Part shown: positions 46,484 through 56,835 of the stretch, piece after piece
How positions within the stretch are numbered: the first letter of the stretch is position 1
Layout: each line of letters begins with the position of its first letter
DNA from: a virus
Lineage: Duplodnaviria; Caudoviricetes
IMG/VR virus record: IMGVR_UViG_3300028797_000135
Coordinates: 1-64,000 of that record
Strand: one strand, 5' to 3'
Length of the DNA: 64,000 nt
Notes under the pieces: generated by a model
What the model was told of the DNA's origin: nothing
Database searches by the model: none
What the model saw: only the letters and a program-made list of their open reading frames with translations
Position numbers and translations under genes: made by a program

Positions 46484-47131
46484 TTACTTTGCTTTCTTGG
46501 CCGAACCAGTCTTCTTGGTTTCCTTTTTCGGTTTTTTCTCATCAAGTTTGAGAACATGCTTGTTGACAAATTCCTTGGTGAGAATAGGCTTTTCCTTCTC
46601 TGCCTTTTTCTTGCCTTTTTTCTTTGCCTTTTCTTCGGCAGCCTGAGCTTCGTATTTCTTGATTTCAGGGTCTTCAATCTTTTGCCTCGGAGCGTACTTC
46701 ACCTTCCAAAGGCGCTCATGACAACAAATTTTCATTCCTTCAAGAAGTGCGATGATTGTTCTGTACAAGGACGGAACATTGCAGTCAAGCTCCTGTGCAG
46801 CATGGCCATCGCCATCGGAGTTGAGCTTCACGGCATCAATCTCGCTCATGACGTTACGGGAACTTGCAAGCAGGTCGCTAGCGACTTTGCTGAACCCTTC
46901 GCCTACGGACTGTTCAACCGCTTCAAGGAAGGCATACACCTTGCCATAGTCTTCCTGTGTCAGCTTATCGCTGAGTCTGGTCAGGGCACGGCCCAAGATG
47001 TCAAAGCTTCCGATTGAATATTCGTTTTCGGGGCCCTTTTTGCCACGACCGAATACTTGGTCGAGAAATTCCTTCTTTTCGTCGATGTTAACCTTGAGGT
47101 CAACTGCATGCAGGGTTAATGTATGTTTCAT
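46484..47131 (-). CDS. hypothetical protein, Lys-rich tail
   Basis: 215-aa ORF. Confidence 0.6.
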   Translation of the reverse strand: MKHTLTLHAVDLKVNIDEKKEFLDQVFGRGKKGPENEYSIGSFDILGRALTRLSDKLTQEDYGKVYAFLEAVEQSVGEGFSKVASDLLASSRNVMSEIDAVKLNSDGDGHAAQELDCNVPSLYRTIIALLEGMKICCHERLWKVKYAPRQKIEDPEIKKYEAQAAEEKAKKKGKKKAEKEKPILTKEFVNKHVLKLDEKKPKKETKKTGSAKKAK

Positions 47132-47245
47132 TGGGTATACCTATTTGTTAAACTACTGTTAAAATACATTTTTCAAAAGGTATTTTTATACCGAAACGTT
47201 TTATTTCCACCCTGATAAACTATAAACGAAAACCCGTGAGCCAAT

Positions 47246-50200
47246 ATGTTCGATTTCAGCAAGTATTACAAAAAGATGTCAGGAAAGACTGACGCCAAAA
47301 TAGAGCTAAAAGATGTACCAATCAAGTCAGATTCGTCCGCATCCACCGATGACGGCGATACCACGCTGAACGAATATGTCACCCGCAACATCGACTACAT
47401 CATCACGGGCATCGCCCTTGGTGATTACAGCCGTTATTATGGAACGACAAGGTATTTCGACGGAAGCAACGATGACAAGAAGAGCATGCTTGTCCAAAGT
47501 TGTTCTGTTATCGACGAGGACGGAAATGAAAGCGAAGACAGATACGCTTTCAGGGTCGGTTCATCTCTCGGTGATGCGGAATACGAAGTTCCCAGACCTG
47601 GCGGAACCTTGATATCCTCTGTTCAGGGTTTTGCACACTACGATGATGACGCCAGTGTAGACCAGAAAGTTCCTCTTGTTATGAGCGTCGTCCCAAAATA
47701 CACCTTAATTGCAAACCCGCAACCAGTGGCGACAGACGAGGACGTGTATGCACACGCAATGGCCATGTTCGGTCTTCTTGGTAGCGGATGTGAAACCCTT
47801 AAATGGGCAACATCAGGCAAGTACAAGAAGAAAAATTGCGTACTGTCCTACTCCACGCTAGAACGCCGAATGAGCAAGGTCGCACGGGATGTTAGGGAAA
47901 ACAAGTTCGAGGTAGAGGTATCTACATACTATGACCTCGTAGACCCGAACGCAGCACCTCCTCCGCAAGGACAGAACCCTGTTGACGTAACGGTTCCAAG
48001 CCCAGTCCTCCCGAGAACGATGACTGCATCAACCATAGTCAAGGGAGCTAATACGGCAGCATTCTGCACACGCATGCAGAACTACGGCTACATGATTGAT
48101 TGCACTGGCGACAACAAGACCCCGTTCTTGCCATCTCTTCGTGATGCCTTCGAAGCATATTATCCAAAAGAAGAAGTTGCCGAAGATTTTGAAGACGCAT
48201 TTGAGGACGTTCTTGAAGGAATCAAGAGTCTATGGGTATTGAAAAAGTCGTTGAAATCATCTACACGAAGCAAGATTAAGGCAGTATCTGCACAAGATTT
48301 CCGCAACGCAACCGCAGAAGAAATCAATTTCACAGCACCTGGCGAGACGTTCCTTATTGACATTGAATCATTGAAATGCAAGTATGAAGGAGACGGATGG
48401 AATAGATACGTCAGCATTGTATCACCATATTATGCGAATGGAACATACAAATTCCGAAGGTACTTGTTTAACCGAGTTGATACTTCGGTTGGAAAATATG
48501 TTTATGTTGACATGAGTGTTGATATTGGTAAAACTATTGGTAGCTTAAAAGACGCATACGGTGATTCTAACTTTGAACACGCTATGCTATCTTACACCGA
48601 ATATTCCATGCAAGATTTCTACACGTTGTTGGTTGAAACCTATGACCAATCGGTACAGCCACGCCCGTCAGGTGTTACTAGGTGCGAATATCTTGCTAAC
48701 ATACTCAACCATGTTATAGTAGGAATGACAACCCCAGTGGAAAACGCCAAATACAGTTCGTTTAGCGTTCCACCAGTTATGACTGCCGTTGTGGTCAATG
48801 GACAGGTTGATGAAGCACAGACAGCAGCTATGATGGAAAGTTGGGTCAACTCTCATGCTGATATGAAAGTAAAAGTTGTAGACTGGTATAAAGGAGCCGA
48901 CCTTGACGAAGATAAAGAGTGGTCTACATCAACTAAACGTTCAGATATGGTCCCATTGTTACAGCAAGATTCTTCAATCACTGCAACGAATTTGTCCTTG
49001 AAGTTAAAAATAGTAGATGATGTCGATGACATTGTAGATAAGTTTGATGCAGCAATCATCGCAATGGCATTTTTCCAACCAGCAGCTGCCGCCCTATTGA
49101 GGATAAAGTTAAACTCGTTGAAGCGTAGCGTTGATGAGTTCAATCGTGTAGTAAACAGGATAAAATACTTCGAGTATTATACCGCAGATTCAGTGTTTGA
49201 AAGCAAGGAAAGGATTCTAAGCGACTCCCAGTGCTATCGAGTAGAAAACGGAATTCCCATCACGGCAAAGTTCCCCGCAAGAATGCTGATTGCAACCCGC
49301 CTTTACAAAAAGGTAAAGAAAAGAAAGCGTTTCCTTTGTTTCTGGCGTACGATAACCAAGACAAAGTTCATCGGTGTCCGCTGGACGGAAATCAGGTTTA
49401 TCAACGTCGGCCTGTACAGCAAGTACCCCAAAGACATGAGAATACCCGAAAGGATGATTCCATTCGAGTCAAGCTATACTTATGGTTCAACCGTCATCGT
49501 AACCAACGAGATTCCTAGCGACCTCGAAGCAGGCAAGAAGGTTACGCTGAAAGTTTCAGGGTACAATGATGAAGTCGCAGGTACGATAACTGATGCACAT
49601 ACCATAACTCTCGACAAGGCAGAAGGCATCCCTAAGACAGGTACGACACAATACTTCAAGGTCGGTCTCGACGATACGAAGAGTGGTGACGAGACCACCC
49701 AAGTGAACATTGAGTACAACCTTCCGTACTTCCCCTACGATGAGGAAATCCGTGGTTACGCATTTGGCTCTTACGGACCGTTCGACCAGTCGAGATACGC
49801 AATCAAGGACCGTAGCGGTAGCTTCGGTTCTGGAAAGGACGGATGGAAAATCTTCTTCGATACCAGCAAGGAGATTTCAAGCCTTAGAAAGGGTATAAAT
49901 ATATATCCTACCGTAGCACACCTCATCAGAATTCTTCGAGACGAGTTCGGTGAGAACAGGGTAGAGCTGGTGGAAACGACACGCTCTGTCGATGACCAGA
50001 GGGCAAGATGCCTTGGCGGAAGCGAGAGCGCTTTCCTCTCGTGGCATAACTATGGCCTAGCCGCCAAGATAATGATTTATGGCGACGACAACAAGACTCC
50101 TATCAAGGATGGCAGCGATGATATGATGAAGCTCATCGAGATTGCTCGCACTTTCACAGACGACTGTCTCAAAGGCAAGTATGGAGCGAGATTCAATGTT

Positions 50201-51529
50201 GTCTGGTGCGGTCGCCTGACTGTTGGTGCAGACCTGTTCGACTGGGAGTTCCTCCCAATCGGTGTCAATCACAAGGATGCCCCGAAGTTCAGGGACAGCT
50301 TGATTTCCCAGAGAGACCCGATAGTTGACTTCTCCTATGTTCCCGCAACGAAATATGCAAAGACTCCTTCTTCTGAACTATTAAAGGACAAGAACACACC
50401 GTGGTTCCCAAAGAATTCGGCTGTATACAATGAAGCAGACAGCTATGGTGGAGTAAAATACGTCAACCCCAAGTCCATCCGCAACTTCAAGTTCCCGAAG
50501 AACCTTCCTCTGATTAACCTGATTGAATACATCAGGATGATTCAGTTGAAGATGGATGCATACGGAACGAAGATGCCGAACAAGGGCGACATGTACGAAT
50601 GGATTAACAAGAACAAGACTGCATATCAGCAACTTCTTGTGTATTTCGGAATGATGGGAAACCTTCAATCCTTCCGTGCATTGCTCGCAGGTGAATACAT
50701 CACCAGATACAAGCCAGTCGTTTCAAGTTACTATTCTACCGACCCGATTGCATTTGTCAAGAATTTCCTTGGAGAAGAATACGAGAAAGTGCAAATCAGG
50801 GCACAGGATATGATTGATGCTTCCTACATAACGCTCGCAGACGGCAGGCTGCACATCCCGTGCGGTGACGGAAGACCAAATCTTCCTCTGTCTGTAGACA
50901 ACATGTACGACCAGAAGCAAGTCACCAAGGATAACTACGAAAGGGGCCGCTGGGTTGATGGTCTATTCGTTCCTGCAACGAAGGAAGATGAATACGTTTC
51001 CCAGACTTCTGTAATCGGAGGTTACAACAACTTTGTTGCAGTCGGCGGTGACGCATACATCCTGCATTCGTTCATAGCAGACCAGATTAAACAGGAGTTC
51101 GATGCCATCGTCAAGATGTTCGAAGGATATAACGGTGAACTCATGTTCGACTCGTTCTACAACGGACCGTATGCAGACAAGTTCGAACAGCTTGAAAACG
51201 AATTTGGAATCATCGCAAAACAAGACCTAATCGACTTCGACCAGTTGAAGGGAATGCTTACCGTCGCCGACCTGAACGAGCAGACCAACGGAACGGCAAT
51301 CACAACAAAGACTGGCGATGATGGAACCGAGTACAAGGATATCTACGAAAAGGTTATATCAAATGCAGAAGTCGCTGGAATGAAGCTCGCTTCACTCAGC
51401 TCTGCACACCTCGAAGTGAATCCTCCGAAAGCGGAAACTGTCACGATAGAAGATGTCTACAAGATTTTGAACAACGGAAATGCCCCTACGGCAAACGACA
51501 TTGTCAACTTTAGAAGGAACAGGGATTAA
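47246..51529 (+). CDS. large virion protein with degenerate M15-type peptidase-like segment
   Basis: ETTRS…Q…SWHNYGLA; late motif at 47215. Confidence 0.6.
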   Translation: MFDFSKYYKKMSGKTDAKIELKDVPIKSDSSASTDDGDTTLNEYVTRNIDYIITGIALGDYSRYYGTTRYFDGSNDDKKSMLVQSCSVIDEDGNESEDRYAFRVGSSLGDAEYEVPRPGGTLISSVQGFAHYDDDASVDQKVPLVMSVVPKYTLIANPQPVATDEDVYAHAMAMFGLLGSGCETLKWATSGKYKKKNCVLSYSTLERRMSKVARDVRENKFEVEVSTYYDLVDPNAAPPPQGQNPVDVTVPSPVLPRTMTASTIVKGANTAAFCTRMQNYGYMIDCTGDNKTPFLPSLRDAFEAYYPKEEVAEDFEDAFEDVLEGIKSLWVLKKSLKSSTRSKIKAVSAQDFRNATAEEINFTAPGETFLIDIESLKCKYEGDGWNRYVSIVSPYYANGTYKFRRYLFNRVDTSVGKYVYVDMSVDIGKTIGSLKDAYGDSNFEHAMLSYTEYSMQDFYTLLVETYDQSVQPRPSGVTRCEYLANILNHVIVGMTTPVENAKYSSFSVPPVMTAVVVNGQVDEAQTAAMMESWVNSHADMKVKVVDWYKGADLDEDKEWSTSTKRSDMVPLLQQDSSITATNLSLKLKIVDDVDDIVDKFDAAIIAMAFFQPAAAALLRIKLNSLKRSVDEFNRVVNRIKYFEYYTADSVFESKERILSDSQCYRVENGIPITAKFPARMLIATRLYKKVKKRKRFLCFWRTITKTKFIGVRWTEIRFINVGLYSKYPKDMRIPERMIPFESSYTYGSTVIVTNEIPSDLEAGKKVTLKVSGYNDEVAGTITDAHTITLDKAEGIPKTGTTQYFKVGLDDTKSGDETTQVNIEYNLPYFPYDEEIRGYAFGSYGPFDQSRYAIKDRSGSFGSGKDGWKIFFDTSKEISSLRKGINIYPTVAHLIRILRDEFGENRVELVETTRSVDDQRARCLGGSESAFLSWHNYGLAAKIMIYGDDNKTPIKDGSDDMMKLIEIARTFTDDCLKGKYGARFNVVWCGRLTVGADLFDWEFLPIGVNHKDAPKFRDSLISQRDPIVDFSYVPATKYAKTPSSELLKDKNTPWFPKNSAVYNEADSYGGVKYVNPKSIRNFKFPKNLPLINLIEYIRMIQLKMDAYGTKMPNKGDMYEWINKNKTAYQQLLVYFGMMGNLQSFRALLAGEYITRYKPVVSSYYSTDPIAFVKNFLGEEYEKVQIRAQDMIDASYITLADGRLHIPCGDGRPNLPLSVDNMYDQKQVTKDNYERGRWVDGLFVPATKEDEYVSQTSVIGGYNNFVAVGGDAYILHSFIADQIKQEFDAIVKMFEGYNGELMFDSFYNGPYADKFEQLENEFGIIAKQDLIDFDQLKGMLTVADLNEQTNGTAITTKTGDDGTEYKDIYEKVISNAEVAGMKLASLSSAHLEVNPPKAETVTIEDVYKILNNGNAPTANDIVNFRRNRD

Positions 51530-52626
51530 GCCAATGCGTTGAAGTTGCCAGCGTTTTCCTTGGCCTTTCTACGTTCTTCCTTTTCGATAGCACGCATCTT
51601 CGCATTGACTTCCTGACGGTGCTTCACGTTAGCTTGGTGGATGCTACGTCTTACCTTACGGTTGTATTCAAGTTTTTTGGGCGTTACGTGACCGTTCTCA
51701 ACGAAGTCCTCAGGGTTCATACCAAGGACTTCACCCACCATGATTTCTTCGTCAGACATTGTACATAGTGCGTTCTTTCTGGCGGTAGCGTTCACACGGG
51801 CCTCGTCCACTCGCTTCTTGATGTTGTCGAAGATTCCATACATCACATTGAAGTTCTTTTGCAAATACTGCACGAGCTTGGCACCATTCATCGGAGTCGT
51901 AGAAATAAGGCCTTCTGGGACAACCCTTCGGTCCATCCACAGCTTCTTCTTAACCTCGCACGGAACTATGACGAAAAGGCCATCTGCGGTTATTTTCACC
52001 AATGTGATATGCTCTGGGTTTGCCGCCCAGCAAATGCTTCTCTCCTCCATGTGACCGTTAGAGTCATACTTGATACTAACCGTCTCGTCGCAAGTGAAGA
52101 TAACACCCCAGTAATAACCCTGTGTGTCCCTTGGTCTGACCGAAGCCAACTTCCTAGCGTAGACGTAACCGTTACGACGACCACCGACTTCCTCTGGCTT
52201 GGAGTTTGTCTCGATTTTCATAAATGAGTTCAAGTTAGGATTGCCATGATACACCTGTGTCTCGACAATGTTCCTAGCCTTCACCTCGGACTTCATCATA
52301 TCTATGTACCAGATATTTGGCGGTTCTTCATGATAACCCGTCGTATGGTAGAAGATGTTTAGTGTACCGTTTACGAAATCTATCCATTTCTGGTCACTCG
52401 ATGTCTGGAAGTCAAACTTTTTGAACCAGTCCTCATATTCTTTCTGCACAGCGGTTGGCAGGGATTCTACTGTAACGAAACCCTGTAACTTATCGGGAGA
52501 ACGGTTATATTGAGGTGCAACATTCTTTATCCAATAGTCAAGAATGATATCCTTATGGTCCTTCCAGTTGATACCATCGTTCAAATAGTTGAATAAGCGG
52601 ATGCCAGCAAGTTTCTTCGATTTCAT
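51526..52626 (-). CDS. late hypothetical protein
   Basis: TATAAACTAT at 52647-52656. Confidence 0.6.
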   Translation of the reverse strand: MKSKKLAGIRLFNYLNDGINWKDHKDIILDYWIKNVAPQYNRSPDKLQGFVTVESLPTAVQKEYEDWFKKFDFQTSSDQKWIDFVNGTLNIFYHTTGYHEEPPNIWYIDMMKSEVKARNIVETQVYHGNPNLNSFMKIETNSKPEEVGGRRNGYVYARKLASVRPRDTQGYYWGVIFTCDETVSIKYDSNGHMEERSICWAANPEHITLVKITADGLFVIVPCEVKKKLWMDRRVVPEGLISTTPMNGAKLVQYLQKNFNVMYGIFDNIKKRVDEARVNATARKNALCTMSDEEIMVGEVLGMNPEDFVENGHVTPKKLEYNRKVRRSIHQANVKHRQEVNAKMRAIEKEERRKAKENAGNFNALA

Positions 52627-52712
52627 AGATAAACCTTCTTTCACTAATAGTTTATACTTCCGCCCAATCGTGAACTGTATAAACTATATGTGAATTCAAT
52701 AGGAATACAACA

Positions 52713-53666
52713 ATGTACAGCAACGACGAACTTTCCATTTTTGAATCACAGGCTCAGTTCGAGGAGTTGAACCAGCAGTGCAAGGCCATTGCCAATCTCC
52801 CCCCAGAAGAGGAAGAAAACACCCCTGAGGATGAAGATACGATGGCACTCATCGTACAGGCAAGCCCGTACGACGACGCAACCGAACCCCTCTACAAGGC
52901 ATACGGCATTTCGGGCAAGGAAATCAACGCCAAGAAAGGCCCTCTGTTTAGTTCGACTGACGACGGGAAGCTTTCAAAGGAAGAAAAGCTTGCCATCTGT
53001 GAAGCTGGTCTTGGTCTAAACACCATGAACACAATCCATGCAATGAAGAACATCAACGCCCTTGAATCCCTTGGTTTCGAGGCTCCGTACAATGTAGGCG
53101 ATACAGTTCAGTTGAAAAACAAGGACATCCCTCACATCTTCATCATCGTTTCTAATGACGGTGACGGTTACGAGCTGGCAAAGCCGACGAACAACCGTGC
53201 TGAAATGCGTACCTGCGGCGATGGATGCTGGCCGAGAATGCACTGTTCTGGTGATGAAATTGACCAAAGAACAATGTTCGACCTCACGGGTATCGACCAT
53301 ATCCTGAGGCAGAACGAGAAACTCGACAGCGAAATGCGTGAAAAGCTCTGCCCGACACTGGTCCCAGAATATGACACTGGTCGTCTAGGAATGCACCAGC
53401 TCCACGAAGCACAGATATCTCGTGTTGACAGCCGTGGACAAAAGCTTGCAAAGCAGAACCGCAACGCCATCATGCACCAAGACATGAAGACCCTGCACGA
53501 CAACCAGATAATGGATGACCAAGGTCACCTGAAACCGAACAACAAGGAACTGTTCAAGGGTATCGCCCAACGAATGGACGAAATCTTCGGTACTGGCTAC
53601 AAGGACAAGTACGTGTATGACGGCGGTCCAGAAGTGCAGTGGTCCGACGAACCAATCAAGGCGTAA
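52713..53666 (+). CDS. late hypothetical protein
   Basis: TATAAACTAT at 52678; AGGA RBS. Confidence 0.65.
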   Translation: MYSNDELSIFESQAQFEELNQQCKAIANLPPEEEENTPEDEDTMALIVQASPYDDATEPLYKAYGISGKEINAKKGPLFSSTDDGKLSKEEKLAICEAGLGLNTMNTIHAMKNINALESLGFEAPYNVGDTVQLKNKDIPHIFIIVSNDGDGYELAKPTNNRAEMRTCGDGCWPRMHCSGDEIDQRTMFDLTGIDHILRQNEKLDSEMREKLCPTLVPEYDTGRLGMHQLHEAQISRVDSRGQKLAKQNRNAIMHQDMKTLHDNQIMDDQGHLKPNNKELFKGIAQRMDEIFGTGYKDKYVYDGGPEVQWSDEPIKA

Positions 53667-53686
53667 GCTTATTCAAAGGAGAGAGC

Positions 53687-54022
53687 ATGACGTTGAAACC
53701 TAAAATCTACTACGATGCCAGTTGCCCTATTTGCAGCAGCTACATCCGAGTCATCAAAAAGAAAGTCAGCGAAAATGATGTTGACTACATTGATGCAGGC
53801 TCGGATGCAAAGGACTTCAAGTACACGGATTCTAACGGCTCGACATATACAGGAACAATGGCAATCGACCGCATGACAAAGGATTTCCCAGCAATTCTCG
53901 ACTTCATGTGGGTTCTGCCACCATCGTTACGAACAAAAGGCTTGAAGGCCGTGTACAAAGCCAGCAGCGTCGTACGACGGACATTACCCAAAGTCAAGAA
54001 AGGTTGCAACTGCGGACATTAA
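53687..54022 (+). CDS. DCC1/DUF393-like thiol-disulfide oxidoreductase
   Basis: IYYDASCPIC motif; AAGGAG RBS. Confidence 0.75.
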   Translation: MTLKPKIYYDASCPICSSYIRVIKKKVSENDVDYIDAGSDAKDFKYTDSNGSTYTGTMAIDRMTKDFPAILDFMWVLPPSLRTKGLKAVYKASSVVRRTLPKVKKGCNCGH

Positions 54023-54071
54023 ACAAAAAACCCACTGAACATTCAGTGGGCTTTTTCATATAGGAGACTAA

Positions 54072-54563
54072 TTATCCATTAGTTCCTTCATCCGTTTGTT
54101 CACCAATTTCGCCACCAGCTGGTTCAACTTGTTCGTCACTAGCAGGTGTAACCGTCCCATCGCCAACAGTAATTGGCTGTTCGCCGCTATCAGGCTTTTT
54201 CTTGACCGCAATAGTGCAAAGGCCATTCTTTACCGTCGCCGTTGCATGTGCTACATCGTAGGCGCACGGGAAAGCCCATGAGAACGTGAAGTTCGGCCTC
54301 TTGATGTAATCATAGTAGGTGACATAGTTTTCTGGGTCTGGCGGTGCTGCTGCCGTAACCTTAATCAAGTTACCCGATGCAGTAACCGTGACATTCTCGT
54401 TAGAGCAACCGACAACGGCAATCTCTATAATCAAGACTTCTTCATCATTGATGATAGCCTTCTTAAAGGCATAGGGGAAAATCGGGCGACCGAATCTCTT
54501 TGGGTCAAAGATGTCGAATACATTTTCAATCATACTGTTCAATACAGGAAGTGTTCCGTACAT
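54072..54563 (-). CDS. small heat-shock protein (Hsp20-like)
   Basis: IEIAVVG…V.V…I.V…F..SW.FP…ATVKNGL.TI; AGGAG RBS before MYGTL. Confidence 0.75.
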   Translation of the reverse strand: MYGTLPVLNSMIENVFDIFDPKRFGRPIFPYAFKKAIINDEEVLIIEIAVVGCSNENVTVTASGNLIKVTAAAPPDPENYVTYYDYIKRPNFTFSWAFPCAYDVAHATATVKNGLCTIAVKKKPDSGEQPITVGDGTVTPASDEQVEPAGGEIGEQTDEGTNG

Positions 54564-54714
54564 AGTTATTCTCCTGTCGGCGGTTTGCCGACCGTTGAGT
54601 GAATGAAGGTTCCAACAGTTTGTCGAAACCTCCGTACCGTCAGGAGTTTCCGTCAGGTACAATAGAAAAAGGGAGCCACTGCGGCCCCCTTCTTCCTATT
54701 CTAGTTTATATCTG

Positions 54715-55068
54715 TTAGAGTTCTTCTTCGTTGAACGATGCCGTGGTTTCCGACTGGTCTTCATACGACTTGATTCTCTGGTCGTTTGCAGCAACCGTTC
54801 CCACAAGGGCCGCATCGACCCCTTCGGCATTCAGGAACTCGACAATCTTCATGAGTCCACGCTGGATTTCTGCAGGTGTCTTCTTGGTGGAAACCGCAGT
54901 CAGGAGCTGTTTTACAGTCCTGATTTCGGTAGCCCTACGCCACACCCTCCATTCGTAGTCTGTCATGTCGCCACGTTCCGTAATCATGTAGCCCATGTTC
55001 GTATCTCGTAGGAGAGGAACTAGGACATACTTCGCATTGATTATTTCCGCTACGGTCTTCATAGTCAC
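54715..55068 (-). CDS. hypothetical protein
   Basis: GGAGG RBS; operon with sigma factor. Confidence 0.55.
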   Translation of the reverse strand: MTMKTVAEIINAKYVLVPLLRDTNMGYMITERGDMTDYEWRVWRRATEIRTVKQLLTAVSTKKTPAEIQRGLMKIVEFLNAEGVDAALVGTVAANDQRIKSYEDQSETTASFNEEEL

Positions 55069-55071
55069 CTC

Positions 55072-55953
55072 CTAGATGCCAACGGCTACGCTCACACCCT
55101 TTTCGCTTGACAGGATGTTGATGGTAACATGCAACTGGCCGTTTTCCAACTTGGCCTTCACATTGTCCTCATCGACAGGCTTGGCGAACGGGAACGTGAA
55201 CTTGAAGTGGTTCAACAAGTATGCAGGCACACTCGACTGTGCAGCCAGCACCTTGACTCTCTTGTTCTTCTTTCCAGCAGCAGGAGAATCTGAATGGAGC
55301 TTACGGACACCGCTAACTTCCAGACTGTTCTGCACGACCCTTACTTTAAGGTCGCTCTGAGGAACCCCAGGTAGGTCGATGTAGCATTCGTACACTTGGT
55401 CGCTCGTCACATACATTTCAGAGAACGGTGCTCCAAAGCCATCGCTCATCTGAGGAGGCTGCTGGACAGGCTGCATCTGCTGCATAGGCTGCATCTGCAT
55501 CGGCTGCTGCGGGTAGTAATAGCCAGCTGGCGGAACCTGCGGCTGTGGCTGGTAATACTGCTGCGGCTGGTAATACTGCGGTTGTGGCGGTGGTGGCGGA
55601 GCGATAGGCTGTTGCGGTTGTTGCGGCAACGGCTGTGCCACCATCTGTGCAGGAGCAACACGCTGTACCTGATTCACAGGCGGCTGCTGATAGTTGTTAT
55701 ACTGTGTCACAGGGCCGTTCGGGCGTGGTGCTGGGCGTTGTGGCTGCTTGCGGTTGACCTGACCAGGGATTACTCCAAGAGCGTTCCTGTTGGCCATTTC
55801 CGCCATTTCCTGAACTTGCCTTGCAGCTTCGTTGTTTGACATTGTAGGTGCGCCATTCGGTACATCACCAACGGACTGACCTGACATAGCAAGGGTTGGT
55901 TCCTCTTCCATATTTTTGCCTCCATTAAATAATTTCTTGATAAAATTGAACAT
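55072..55953 (-). CDS. Hsp20/alpha-crystallin protein with long Q/P-rich N-terminal region
   Basis: IDLPGV…L.V.V….LEVSG.R…F…F.F…VD…VKAKLENG.L.V. Confidence 0.8.
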   Translation of the reverse strand: MFNFIKKLFNGGKNMEEEPTLAMSGQSVGDVPNGAPTMSNNEAARQVQEMAEMANRNALGVIPGQVNRKQPQRPAPRPNGPVTQYNNYQQPPVNQVQRVAPAQMVAQPLPQQPQQPIAPPPPPQPQYYQPQQYYQPQPQVPPAGYYYPQQPMQMQPMQQMQPVQQPPQMSDGFGAPFSEMYVTSDQVYECYIDLPGVPQSDLKVRVVQNSLEVSGVRKLHSDSPAAGKKNKRVKVLAAQSSVPAYLLNHFKFTFPFAKPVDEDNVKAKLENGQLHVTINILSSEKGVSVAVGI

Positions 55954-56747
55954 TACGAATTTACCGTCTCTTTAAGGAGACTATAAAATTCCTTGTTTTT
56001 GGCTATCTTCTCGTATGCCGCCTTCTTGATTTTCTGGAACTCCGTTTTCTTCATGTTGAGGTTTGCCGCAATATCGGCTGCGGGAAGGATAACATCGTCC
56101 TTCAATCCGAACGAATACCTCATTATGTAGAGTTCCTTCTTATCAAGGCTATTTTCCAGCATCTTCCACAGGGTAGCCTTCATGTTGTCGTGTTCGAGTT
56201 CTGCAATGCCGTCCGAGTTGACATCAGGCGCCTCGTTATGGAAGCCATCCTGTTCATCCTCAGTTGAAGCCCTGACCGACTGTTTCAGGTTGGTCATAAC
56301 TTCCTTTGCATGGTCCTCTCTTTCAGTGTAATCCGTCTCGTTGAGGCGACGCTTCTTGGCGACATTTGCCTTCAATGCGATAGGAATCCTGATTAAATCA
56401 TCGTCTGACACAAATGTGTTCAACGCACGGCGTACATACCACACGACAAACGAGATGAATTTCGTGCCCACATGGGGGTCGTACTTGTTAAAGGCTTCAA
56501 TCAGGCCGATTTTCGCCTCGGAGAACAAGTCATCAATGGACTTGTTGCAAACCTTGGCCTTTTCACTGGCCATCTTGAATGCAAACTTCAGGTTAGCCAA
56601 GATAATCTTGTCGAAGATTTCCTTCTTTCGGGCTTCATCCGTGCTATTTGCATACTCGTCAAACAGACGGGCTTCCTCCTCCCGACTCATTTTAACCGAT
56701 TTGTTAAGTTCTGCCTTTATGCATGGTGTAATCTTACAGTAATCCAC
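55953..56747 (-). CDS. sigma-70 family RNA polymerase sigma factor
   Basis: EE..L, ILANLKFA…A, DDL.SE..IGL..A..KYDP..G.KF.SF..W..R, region 4 E..I.R..FGL. Confidence 0.88.
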   Translation of the reverse strand: MDYCKITPCIKAELNKSVKMSREEEARLFDEYANSTDEARKKEIFDKIILANLKFAFKMASEKAKVCNKSIDDLFSEAKIGLIEAFNKYDPHVGTKFISFVVWYVRRALNTFVSDDDLIRIPIALKANVAKKRRLNETDYTEREDHAKEVMTNLKQSVRASTEDEQDGFHNEAPDVNSDGIAELEHDNMKATLWKMLENSLDKKELYIMRYSFGLKDDVILPAADIAANLNMKKTEFQKIKKAAYEKIAKNKEFYSLLKETVNS

Positions 56748-56835
56748 AAAACAACCATTGTTTCGAGTATAATCTAATATATATTATTTGACAGCAATTC
56801 CCTCAAACTAATTTGAGGGAACCGCATTTTCTTCA

